Positions 1 to 8,751 of a DNA stretch of 64,000 nucleotides are shown here, in pieces. A program made the position numbers and the translations under genes. The stretch's first letter is position 1, and each line of letters starts with the position of its first letter. The notes beneath the pieces are model-generated. The model saw only the letters and a list, made by a program, of their open reading frames with translations, did not search any database and was not told where the DNA came from. The stretch is from an uncultured bacterium (GTDB lineage Bacteria; Zixibacteria; MSB-5A5; CAIYYT01): assembly GCA_903930455.1 (NCBI GenBank), contig CAIYYT010000002.1, positions 6,479 through 70,478 on the forward strand, given 5' to 3'.

Positions 1-222
1 ACAGATCTGCAACCTTCTCAGCTAAGAAATATCATAACTTACTACTCTGTGGCGCCGCGGCCAATTGCGCATCTGGCATGGCTGTCAGCGCCGTCAGCAC
101 CTCCTCGTTCCATAGAACTCCGGTATATTGATGACTTGTGATAACGAAAGGATAATCGCAGTTAGGTTGCGATTCTTGGCATAGTCCAATTTCCTGCATT
201 CCATAAATTCCCAAGACTCCGC

Positions 223-1224
223 CTACTGGGCTCCTCTGCCTGTGAGCACGACCGCAGCCGTCTTGAGGACTATGCGTGAATCTAGTCCTAGTGACCAGTT
301 GCTGATGTAGTGCACGTCGTATTTGACTTTGGCGCGGACAGAGTCTATTGAGTTGTCGTAACCATTTTCGACTTGTGCCAGTCCGGTGATCCCGGGTTTG
401 ACCTGCAGCCTCGTCAAATAACCCTCGACCTTGCCCGACAGCTCGGCGACAAACATCGGTCGCTCGGGACGGGGACCGATCAGGCTCATTTCCCCTTTGA
501 CAACGTTGAGTAGCTGGGGTAGCTCGTCGAGGCGAAACTTGCGTAGAATTCTGCCGACGCGAGTAACGCGGGGGTCGTTTGCCGTCGCCCACACGGGACC
601 GCACTTCTTCTCTGCATTGGCAACCATCGTCCTGAACTTGATAATCCGAAATGGCTTACCATGAATGTTGTGCTGTCGGCGTTCCTGATTCCGGAGATTG
701 GCGGTTGTCAGACAATCATGCTGCCGACGGGTTGACTGGCGCCGGTTGCGCCCAATTCTCTGCTGCAAATAGAAAACCGGCCCGGGCGAATCGACACGGA
801 TCATTATTGCTACCAGTCCAAACAGCGGCAAAAGTAGCAGTAGCCCCAGAATGCTGGCGACGACATCAAGAACGGTCTTGATCATTTGCGGCAAATGTCG
901 GCAAGAGTTGAACAGGCCGGCTCTTAGGGACTGAGAGGCTGCAGACCAGAGAGTGCTGCAAAGACAGGTGGCGAGCAAGAGGTTACTCACTACCAGTTCC
1001 ACGATCTGGTAGTGAACTCCATCACGAACATTAGTCAGCCGCGTGAATGATCGACGCTGGAGTTTAGGCGATTGGTCTCCCAAATCGTGTCTGGTGCCAG
1101 CGACGGCAACAGGATGACCTACAAGATCTCTCGGGCGAAGGGGTAGGACCTCTAGAGAAGTAGATGATTGGTTAAACGGCATGGGTGTTAGAACCTTTCT
1201 ATATAGCTGGTATCCGCGTAACAA
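223..1224 (-). CDS. Polyprenyl-phosphate sugar phosphotransferase (bacterial sugar transferase family, WbaP/PglC-like). Start uncertain: the ORF begins with TTG at 1224, and internal ATGs at 1182 or 885 are alternatives.
   Basis: C-terminal motifs [36 protein letters not shown] and [11 protein letters not shown] are diagnostic of the Bac_transf family. There is a TM helix ([18 protein letters not shown]) before the catalytic domain. Confidence 0.85.
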   Translation of the reverse strand: MLRGYQLYRKVLTPMPFNQSSTSLEVLPLRPRDLVGHPVAVAGTRHDLGDQSPKLQRRSFTRLTNVRDGVHYQIVELVVSNLLLATCLCSTLWSAASQSLRAGLFNSCRHLPQMIKTVLDVVASILGLLLLLPLFGLVAIMIRVDSPGPVFYLQQRIGRNRRQSTRRQHDCLTTANLRNQERRQHNIHGKPFRIIKFRTMVANAEKKCGPVWATANDPRVTRVGRILRKFRLDELPQLLNVVKGEMSLIGPRPERPMFVAELSGKVEGYLTRLQVKPGITGLAQVENGYDNSIDSVRAKVKYDVHYISNWSLGLDSRIVLKTAAVVLTGRGAQ

Positions 1225-1537
1225 ATAAATCCATTTGTTGAGTAGTTTTCCGTCTGATTAAGAACTGAGCCAGTATTCGACTTTCAGCGGCGGACCAATT
1301 TGGTCACCACTTTGTGTCGTTGATGTTAGTATCAGTGCACGGCTTATCGCGCCAATTCCTGTTAAGAGCAAGCTTTGTGCCAAACTCCGGTCGACAAGTT
1401 GTCAACTGTATTCTGATGAGACAGAGTTGGTTTTGTAACATACGCCGCGACTCCTTTGGCATAGTATGGCAATATCGCCAGAAAAGCGTCGTCTCAAACG
1501 TGGCGTTATCGCCATGGAAGAGAAAATGCTTTAGAGC

Positions 1538-1566
1538 GAGACCAGCAGCAGTCAGCTGCTGGTCTC
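1538..1566 (-). terminator. Stem-loop (13-bp perfect stem gagaccagcagca/tgctgctggtctc, 3-nt loop) just downstream of the stop of the giant 1589..7303 gene, followed on the minus strand by a moderately U-rich stretch.
   Basis: Perfect inverted repeat read directly from the sequence, placed 23 nt after the stop codon. Confidence 0.4.
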
Positions 1567-1588
1567 AATTCGCTTGAACACCCCACCT

Positions 1589-4500
1589 CTACTTCATCAG
1601 CACCATCTTCTTGGTTTCGGTGAAGTCGCCTGCTTGCAGGCGGTAGAGATAGACACCACTAGCGACTGAGCTGCCGTTGTCGTCGGTGGAGTTCCATTCG
1701 ATGGAATGTGTCCCGGCAGGCATGTAGGCGTCGACCAGTGTCTTTACTTTCTGGCCGAGTGTGTTGATGACTTCCAGCCTGACCTGACCTGCTGCAGGTA
1801 ATGCGAACTCAATGGTCGTAGCCGGATTGAACGGATTGGGGTGCGCATCGCCAAGAGAGAATTCGGTGGGCACATTCTCTGTTTCGACAGCAGTAGTGTC
1901 TTCGCCAGCGGTCTCTTTAGGAACTGCGCCGGAGAGCGTAATGTCGACCGCGGCGACGAACTTGTTGCCGTCGGTGAAATCACCGGTGATCATCACAGTG
2001 TGCGTGTCGTTGGTCAATGGTTGTGGCAAGGACTGCACCGCCAGTTGGCGACTGAAGGCCACCTCCATCACTAGCCCCGCAAATCCGGTCATGTTTGGCC
2101 TGATGCGATACGACCCGCCGAAGATGGGGACTTGGCCGTCGAGTCGAATCGATGACGGGACGATGTTGCTGGCAGTATGTCCTGCAGGAATATTGCCGAT
2201 ATAGCCACGAACGGTGCCGGCGCTGCTGCCGGTCCAGCTTGAGTACCAGAGCGAGGGCAGTAACTGCACCTTGGCAACGTCGGCGACCTTTGTCAAGGCA
2301 AAGTCGACCTCTGACGATTCACAATAAACAGTAAAGAACTTCTGTGCGCTATCTGTCACGTATCCTAACGCAGGCCTGATAATGATTGAATAATTTCCGT
2401 TTATCAAACTGTCGATTGCATAGCGACCAGTACTACTCGGTGTTAAGGTCGATATTAGATGACCTGATTCATCATAAACCTCCAAAACCGATCCGATGGT
2501 GATATTGTTGACGGGATTGACGTATCCCTCAAAAGCCCCAGAGGCTGCCTTAAACCAACGAGCATGTCCACTGACAGTTGTTGTTGACGATTGATCGTTA
2601 TATAGAAGTGTCAAGGAATCGCCAGACGAGACCTGCAGCTGTCTCAAGGACGGATTCGAAGGAGTCACATCTAAACCGACGAAACCAGTAAAAACTCCAG
2701 AGCTGGCTGCCGATTCGATCAACGGAGTATCAAATCCCTTGGGATCGGTTTTTGAACTCACGTGAACCGTTACAGATTGATAAGTCCAAGGATCGGTATC
2801 CAGATCTTTGTCTTTTACGATGAGAACAGCTTGTGCTCCTCTGCCGATATAAACTTCTTTATCGAACGTGCTAGTACCGATGCCCGCCTCCGCGGGGTAA
2901 ACTTCCAGAACAAATGATTGAGAATCCGCTCTCCCTGTTCCATCGTCCACTGCCAAACTGATAGCATTACGTCCAAGCGTAACTAGATTAGCGGGCCATA
3001 ATACAGTATTTCCATTCACGACAGCCATGCCTGTCGGGCCCGTCACAAGAGAAGTAGAAATAGCATCGCCGTCAGGATCAGATGCACTGAGGGTATAGGA
3101 ATAAGGCAAACCATATTTCAAGACCAGTGGAGGTTTTGAGACGATGGTTGGGTAATTGCCGTGCGTGCTGGAAATGAGTTGATAAGTAATCTCGTTGGAG
3201 AACCTACTTTGAACGCCTGCCGTATCAAATGCCTTCACAGCTATCCGATATTGTCGACCTGCCAGAACATCTGACAGCAAATACTGTGATGTGTCCCCGA
3301 CTGAGACATGGTAGGTGTATTCATCATTATCCACTCTGTCCGCATAAGCGATCACATATCCTAAGACATTTGGTGAGGAGCTTTTGACCCAACCTAGGAG
3401 TACTCCATTGGCAGTGTCGTTGCCTTGCAGATTCGAAGGAGGTTGGGGAGCTGCTGGGTTAATAATGTCGAAAGCCTCCGGAGAGTAGGCAATGACGGGG
3501 GCATGTTTACCATCTTCAATTTTCGCATAGACATAGTACCTTCCAGTGGGAACACTTGCAATATTCCAGTCATATTGCATACTTTGGCTGGCTAGGGGAA
3601 TTCCACCGGCAATAAATGTTCCGTCTTGGTCTCTGCCATTGTCGTCATAGTAAAGGCTAACCTTCCAGTCCTGGCTGATGCTCCCCGTGTGCCAAGTGAT
3701 TCTCTCCGTACTGGAACCCAATACTTCAACTTTGTCCATGACCAAACCTGGTTTCTGCGCCAAGGCGTACGCATCAAGTTGATATCCTGAACTTTGGCTG
3801 CCTTCCAATTCTGTGTGCCACAGACCGGACACTGGATCGTTGACAATGCAATACATTACATCTCTTCCCAGCACAGCTTGGAAAAACACACCCCTTAAGG
3901 CAGAAGAGTCAAAGTCAGTCGATAAATAATCATGTCCACCAGGTGCCTGTACAGCACACTGAGGAACAGCAGCAGTCCCCTCCCAGCGGAATATTATTTG
4001 CTTCAGACCGGGTTCAATCATAAAATCAGCACCCGAGCTCGAAGCAGCATTTAGAATTGTCGTTCCGACTGAGGCAATCTTGGGAGAGGAGGCTACAGCA
4101 ATTTGCTGCAAATGTTCAAGATCCTGTCCCAGATAGAACGCAACGTCAGGCGGTTCATAGAGGAGGGCACCTGCCAATTGGAGCTCTAATGTCACCTCAT
4201 GTCCAAATACATCGAATGTCCTCGAAACCTTGAATTCACCAACTAAGGAATCGTTCGAGACTGACATTTCAACGTCACCAACTTCGTAAGGCAAGCTGAC
4301 AACAGTCTTGATTAAGTCATAGGGAAAACCTTCGCCGTCTGGAATTGACAATTCACCAGTTGCAGAGCCGGAGAATCGTTGGTCATCAAGACTTGCGGCT
4401 AAATCAGCCTTTAACACATCAATTAGACTGATTTTGCCTTCCGCACCGATGATACCACGCCTGTATCCAATGCTTCCGCTGGCAACATTTTGCCCAAAGA

Positions 4501-7303
4501 CCTTCAGCTTACCCATTCCTTCAAGAAAATCCGGAGGGCTCACTCGTAGTCCAAAGTCCTTCAACTCCACAATGTAGGTTGAACCGATGCTTGGTCCGCC
4601 CGTCAAATCAACTGTCAATGTAATATAGAGCGGTGGAGAGGCGATACCTGACAACTCCCCGCCGCCGCCGGCCAAAAAGATTCCCGTCCCTCCTATCGGG
4701 ATTGGCTGCCCCAATTCTATAGTCAGTTTTACTCGATCGAGCTGACCACTTCGTATCGTCGCCCCACCCCCAATTGCGACCAGAGGGGTCTTAGCCCGCG
4801 TATAACCTGCAAATATGCTGCTGTCTGTGTCGAAGTTAAGCTGAGTGTTTGTCAGTTGAATAGCGCCCAGCAAATCAATGGTCGGCACATTTACTTGACC
4901 GGCTACATGTACACCGGTGCTATTGCTGACAGTCAGGTTGTTGATTGAAATTACTACAGGTTTGGACATTTGAGGCAGACGGAAATCTAGGCGCCCGGCA
5001 ATCTGTACACCATCAGAGAGCAGAGCCAGGTCTTTGAGAGTCACCTTAATGCCCGCCAGTTGTAACTGTTGCTTGATATTCGAACCAATGAAATCGGTCA
5101 ATACCCCGTCTGGACCCAAGAGCCCGAATTCACTATCGCCGTCATATAGAATGAGGCGTTGACCCAGGTATTCGATGTATATTTGTCCTGCCTCAGAAAC
5201 CGAAAGCCTGCTAGGGTCAACAATAAGACTGTCCGTAAAATGCAGATATTGATTAATTGTTACGTTTCCTTTTACGACTTTCTTTCCATCGGTAGTCTGA
5301 TAAATTATGTCGCCCTTGATATGGATTACGCCAAAGACCAGTTCTGTCTCTTGCGCCGTGCCATTGCCTGTGAGATCAATGCCCAAGCTGGGTTCATTGG
5401 GGTCATTGCTGGCGATCGCCAGATGACCCGTATAACTCGTCGCATTGGGAGGCGAAAAGCGAATCGTTACGTTTTCAGATTGATTGGGCGAAATCACACC
5501 CGGGAAAGTGCTTGGGGATATCACTGAAAAGACGGCGTTATCTGATGATATTGTTATCAGTTGAAGGCTCGCATTACCAGTGTTTTGTATGGTGAAATTC
5601 CAATCACTGCTGTTTCCGATTCCTACCCGTCCGAAATCATGTGATGTCTCTGTAACAGCTATATGGGGAACCGGCGTCGGCTGGCCAGAATGCTCAGCTT
5701 GATAGATTTGTGTTATCTCGGATACGTCAAGGGTCCGGTTGTAAACCCGCACCTGATCCAGAGAACCGTTAAAATAACCCGGAGATGTTGATAGCTGGCG
5801 ACCGATTTCCAAAGGGTACGAGTTGGTTGGGGGAAGATCGTTGCCGCCGCCGCTAGAACCATTCCAGTGTGTCCATTGGCCCGTCTTCTGGGCGCCATCG
5901 ACAACCCATTGTGCAGTCGTGGGGCTGCCGAACTGCAACGAAAACGCCAGATGATGCCAGTTGTTGTCATTGAGACCGGTCAGGTTGCTGATCATGTAGT
6001 TATTCCCGGTAGTGCAACCGGTTCCGTATTGAAAGGCAAGGAACGGCTGACCGGCCGCCAGTCCGTACTTGATGTCGTAATTGATCTGGCAGTTGACATC
6101 GCTCTGCAATCGCTTATTAATCAGGAAACCTTCAGACTCAGTTGGGTCAATTTTCGCCCAAAGCATGATGGTAATGCCGCTGGTCAGGTTCAGTAGTCCA
6201 TTTTGGGGAACTTCGATGTAACTGGTTAATCCATTGAAACTCCGCGCCTTCCCACTGACGCCGTCGATAATGTTTGCATTGTGAGCAGTACCAGAGAGTC
6301 CGTTGGGTGAAGCGTCGGCAGCTGTATTCCCTGACGTTTCATCCAGCGGCCAGAAGGCGACAAGACCGGTCGGTGGTGGCGGAGTAGAGCTGAACTCGAC
6401 AACATAGGACGCAAATTCTGTCGAAATCGCATTGTGCATGATATTGTTCCAGCGACCCGGCAGCCTGGGAGAAACGGAAAGCGAAGTGTACATCTCTAGA
6501 GAGGTTTCGCGTTCCGGGGTGACGTTACTTGGTTCGCCTGAATTCCAGCTCGTGTAGGACCATGGCTCTCCAGAAACCCATGCCCATACTCCTGGTGATG
6601 ACTCAAAACCCCCTATGTAGGTTCCGACGCCCGGTTGGGGTAATGACAGCAAGAAGTCGTTTTCGCTTTGATTGGACACAGTGGCCAGATATCCACCCAT
6701 TGCGATTGCTGCGTCTCTACACTGATCCCAAGTCATAGTCCCTGAAGTCGGTACTACCTGATAGTAGTGGCCCGTACCGTAGAAGTACCTCGGAGTTGAG
6801 GATAGGCTTGGATCAGAATCAAATTCAATTATCAGTCCGACCGGCGGATTACAATCGGCTGCGTCATTCCACCTTCCTTGCCAATATGATCCGCCCGAGA
6901 TCGCGAGGTAGTTCTCATTGCCACCGGTGTTGCTGGGTTCACCAGGGTTCCAGTTGGTATAGTCCCAGGGTTCACCATTCGCCCAAACCCACACGCCATT
7001 GTTATTGGGTTCAAATCCTCCCAACCAAGCGCTTCTAGATGGATTCTCCTGAAAGGTGTTCCGAATGAAGCTATTCTCGCCCGCCGAATGAATGGTAGCC
7101 AAGTAGCCGCCTTGAGCGATTGCGAAATCTCGGGCAGCGGTCCAGCATATGCTCGGGGTAAACTGGACGTATTGGTAGTAGTGCCCTGTTCCCGAATACA
7201 AGACCGGCTGTGTGGTCTGGCCATACGATGGTGCCGCCAAGGCAAGAAGAGACGCAATGAAAATGATCGCCCCTCTCTTCAGCAATGTTTTCCCCAAGAG
7301 CAT
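1589..7303 (-). CDS. Giant secreted multidomain adhesin/lectin (1904 aa). It has an N-terminal signal peptide, two C-type-lectin-like domains, a LamG/concanavalin-like domain, beta-rich Ig/cadherin-like and FN3-like modules, and a C-terminal T9SS (Por) type-A sorting domain.
   Basis: Signal peptide MLLGKTLLKRGAIIFIASLLALAAPSYG. Two repeats of the WxxARxxAxxxGGYLATxxSxxENxFxxN...WLGGxE...WxWxxGEPWxYTxWNxGEPSN C-type lectin signature. LVAFWPLDETSG...LDQVRVYNRTL LamG-like region. C-terminal PNPFNPATTIEFALP...GVYLYRLQAGDFTETKKMVLMK matches the T9SS C-terminal domain. ATG start with GAGGAGG RBS. Confidence 0.9.
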   Translation of the reverse strand: MLLGKTLLKRGAIIFIASLLALAAPSYGQTTQPVLYSGTGHYYQYVQFTPSICWTAARDFAIAQGGYLATIHSAGENSFIRNTFQENPSRSAWLGGFEPNNNGVWVWANGEPWDYTNWNPGEPSNTGGNENYLAISGGSYWQGRWNDAADCNPPVGLIIEFDSDPSLSSTPRYFYGTGHYYQVVPTSGTMTWDQCRDAAIAMGGYLATVSNQSENDFLLSLPQPGVGTYIGGFESSPGVWAWVSGEPWSYTSWNSGEPSNVTPERETSLEMYTSLSVSPRLPGRWNNIMHNAISTEFASYVVEFSSTPPPPTGLVAFWPLDETSGNTAADASPNGLSGTAHNANIIDGVSGKARSFNGLTSYIEVPQNGLLNLTSGITIMLWAKIDPTESEGFLINKRLQSDVNCQINYDIKYGLAAGQPFLAFQYGTGCTTGNNYMISNLTGLNDNNWHHLAFSLQFGSPTTAQWVVDGAQKTGQWTHWNGSSGGGNDLPPTNSYPLEIGRQLSTSPGYFNGSLDQVRVYNRTLDVSEITQIYQAEHSGQPTPVPHIAVTETSHDFGRVGIGNSSDWNFTIQNTGNASLQLITISSDNAVFSVISPSTFPGVISPNQSENVTIRFSPPNATSYTGHLAIASNDPNEPSLGIDLTGNGTAQETELVFGVIHIKGDIIYQTTDGKKVVKGNVTINQYLHFTDSLIVDPSRLSVSEAGQIYIEYLGQRLILYDGDSEFGLLGPDGVLTDFIGSNIKQQLQLAGIKVTLKDLALLSDGVQIAGRLDFRLPQMSKPVVISINNLTVSNSTGVHVAGQVNVPTIDLLGAIQLTNTQLNFDTDSSIFAGYTRAKTPLVAIGGGATIRSGQLDRVKLTIELGQPIPIGGTGIFLAGGGGELSGIASPPLYITLTVDLTGGPSIGSTYIVELKDFGLRVSPPDFLEGMGKLKVFGQNVASGSIGYRRGIIGAEGKISLIDVLKADLAASLDDQRFSGSATGELSIPDGEGFPYDLIKTVVSLPYEVGDVEMSVSNDSLVGEFKVSRTFDVFGHEVTLELQLAGALLYEPPDVAFYLGQDLEHLQQIAVASSPKIASVGTTILNAASSSGADFMIEPGLKQIIFRWEGTAAVPQCAVQAPGGHDYLSTDFDSSALRGVFFQAVLGRDVMYCIVNDPVSGLWHTELEGSQSSGYQLDAYALAQKPGLVMDKVEVLGSSTERITWHTGSISQDWKVSLYYDDNGRDQDGTFIAGGIPLASQSMQYDWNIASVPTGRYYVYAKIEDGKHAPVIAYSPEAFDIINPAAPQPPSNLQGNDTANGVLLGWVKSSSPNVLGYVIAYADRVDNDEYTYHVSVGDTSQYLLSDVLAGRQYRIAVKAFDTAGVQSRFSNEITYQLISSTHGNYPTIVSKPPLVLKYGLPYSYTLSASDPDGDAISTSLVTGPTGMAVVNGNTVLWPANLVTLGRNAISLAVDDGTGRADSQSFVLEVYPAEAGIGTSTFDKEVYIGRGAQAVLIVKDKDLDTDPWTYQSVTVHVSSKTDPKGFDTPLIESAASSGVFTGFVGLDVTPSNPSLRQLQVSSGDSLTLLYNDQSSTTTVSGHARWFKAASGAFEGYVNPVNNITIGSVLEVYDESGHLISTLTPSSTGRYAIDSLINGNYSIIIRPALGYVTDSAQKFFTVYCESSEVDFALTKVADVAKVQLLPSLWYSSWTGSSAGTVRGYIGNIPAGHTASNIVPSSIRLDGQVPIFGGSYRIRPNMTGFAGLVMEVAFSRQLAVQSLPQPLTNDTHTVMITGDFTDGNKFVAAVDITLSGAVPKETAGEDTTAVETENVPTEFSLGDAHPNPFNPATTIEFALPAAGQVRLEVINTLGQKVKTLVDAYMPAGTHSIEWNSTDDNGSSVASGVYLYRLQAGDFTETKKMVLMK

Positions 7304-7529
7304 TGTAACCTCCTCAAAAATGATGAATTGAGTGTACTTCTAGTAATATCAGAAACTGCGTTCCTGCTTGCAGTTCAGGAAATTGCGCGTGGGCACTCCC
7401 ACGCAGCGTCAGTCCAAACAAATAGCCCGTTATCATCCACGATAACAGGCTTGGTTCACTTGCTTATGATGATTTGCGCTGTTGCGCCTCTGCCTGCCTG
7501 TTGAGCGCGCTTCTGACATCTGACCTAGT

Positions 7530-8126
7530 CTATTTCGATCTTCTTCTTGTGTATCCTGCCACCCCGACCATGCCCAATCCTAACAGTATCAGTGTCACCG
7601 GCTCAGGGACAACACCGCTTTGGCTCGACACGCTCACCTGGTAGTCCTCCACCTCTCCAGTGAAGTAGTCTCCTGTTGGCGTCAATGGGCCATCATAGGT
7701 GATGCGGGCGCGCATCCAGGTGTCTCCCAGTAAGGCATCGGTGGGTACCGTAAAGCTTGGTGTCAGGGTTGTCATGCCGTTGTCGAACCATTGATCACTC
7801 AAACTGAACATCTGCTCGTTGTCGGCAAATACTTTGTCTTGGTTCCAGTCGATCCAGATCGACGCCCACTCATTCGATCCAACGTCAAAGAAGTTGTTGA
7901 GGGATACCTCTACTGATAGGTCGGCTGTTTGGCCTAGCCAGAAGGAGGGTGGATGGGTTATTCCGTCGGGAGTGCCGCCATCCTGGCCGAACCATTCTGA
8001 CAGGTAGTCTGGATCATCCAAGTGTGCGGCTGAGCCGTAACCGATCGCGCTAGAATACGACAAGCCCCAGCACGCGGCTGGAAGAAGCATGATGATCATT
8101 AACGTGAGAAGATGAGTGTTGCGCAT
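7530..8126 (-). CDS. PEP-CTERM sorting-domain protein (secreted, 198 aa from the internal ATG at 8126; the longer ORF to 8342 is unlikely).
   Basis: C-terminus VVPEPVTLILLGLGMVGVAGYTRRRSK* is a PEP motif, then a TM helix, then an Arg-rich tail. ATG at 8126 is preceded by AAGGAGAG and followed by a signal peptide (MRNTHLLTLMIIMLLPAACWG). Confidence 0.8.
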   Translation of the reverse strand: MRNTHLLTLMIIMLLPAACWGLSYSSAIGYGSAAHLDDPDYLSEWFGQDGGTPDGITHPPSFWLGQTADLSVEVSLNNFFDVGSNEWASIWIDWNQDKVFADNEQMFSLSDQWFDNGMTTLTPSFTVPTDALLGDTWMRARITYDGPLTPTGDYFTGEVEDYQVSVSSQSGVVPEPVTLILLGLGMVGVAGYTRRRSK

Positions 8127-8626
8127 AAACTCTCCTTGTCCCGGTGGAACCGATAGTTGTGAATCGTTTATTGTCTCCGAAGAGTGAAGAAAGTGCGAAT
8201 CGAGTCCAAAGCTGGCACTCGTCTCGCGATCCTGCAAGTATACTCTCAATGTCCCAAATCCCCGTAAAACCACACATTTTGTCGCCAGCGTGGAACTTGA
8301 CAAAAAACGCAGTGCCCTAGTTTCGGGCGGACAAGACGACAAGAAACATCTTTACCCATAAAAAGATATGCGGGTCTACGCAATAGTCAATGGAGATCAA
8401 TACGATAAAATTGTGTACAAATTACGTATCGTAAATACGTAACAGCAATCAATCGGAGGTTGGAGGTTCGAGACACCATCCGAGATGTACATCCATCACT
8501 GTGCGCTAGCGCAAGTGTTCGTGGCAGTCATTTTGTCGCTAACTTGAAGAGCCTTTGCGTAGGAGGAAAACACTTCGGGGGTTAGACGATCACGTGATTT
8601 CAATCGGGGTTGTTACCATTCTCTGA

Positions 8627-8671
8627 AGAATCTTGGAATCGTCGTCATTGACTGTGTGATTCCAAGATTCT
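8627..8671. repeat. Perfect 14-bp inverted repeat (agaatcttggaatc ... gattccaagattct) with a 17-nt spacer, about 80 bp downstream of the HerA-like gene stop. Candidate terminator, operator or island-boundary site.
   Basis: Read directly: 8627-8640 is the exact reverse complement of 8658-8671. Confidence 0.5.
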
Positions 8672-8751
8672 CTTTATCCGGGGTTTGAAATGGCTTGTTG
8701 TTGGGGTATTCGTGGGTTTTGGCCTTGGAAGCAGTGAAATAGGTTCGTCAT

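Noticed and set aside
32-604. 190-aa Arg-rich ORF on the minus strand overlapping the sugar transferase gene.
   Set aside because: It overlaps a well-supported gene in another frame, and its composition (R/Q/S rich) is typical of an out-of-frame read. No motif.
1812-7257. Numerous 60-140-aa ORFs on both strands inside the 1589..7303 giant gene.
   Set aside because: They are embedded within a long, domain-rich coding frame. They are low-complexity or alternative-frame artefacts.
8343-8751. Possible tRNA gene (GGTTCGAG-like stretch near 8455-8480) as an island integration target.
   Set aside because: No acceptor stem/CCA context or cloverleaf pairing could be built around it by eye.
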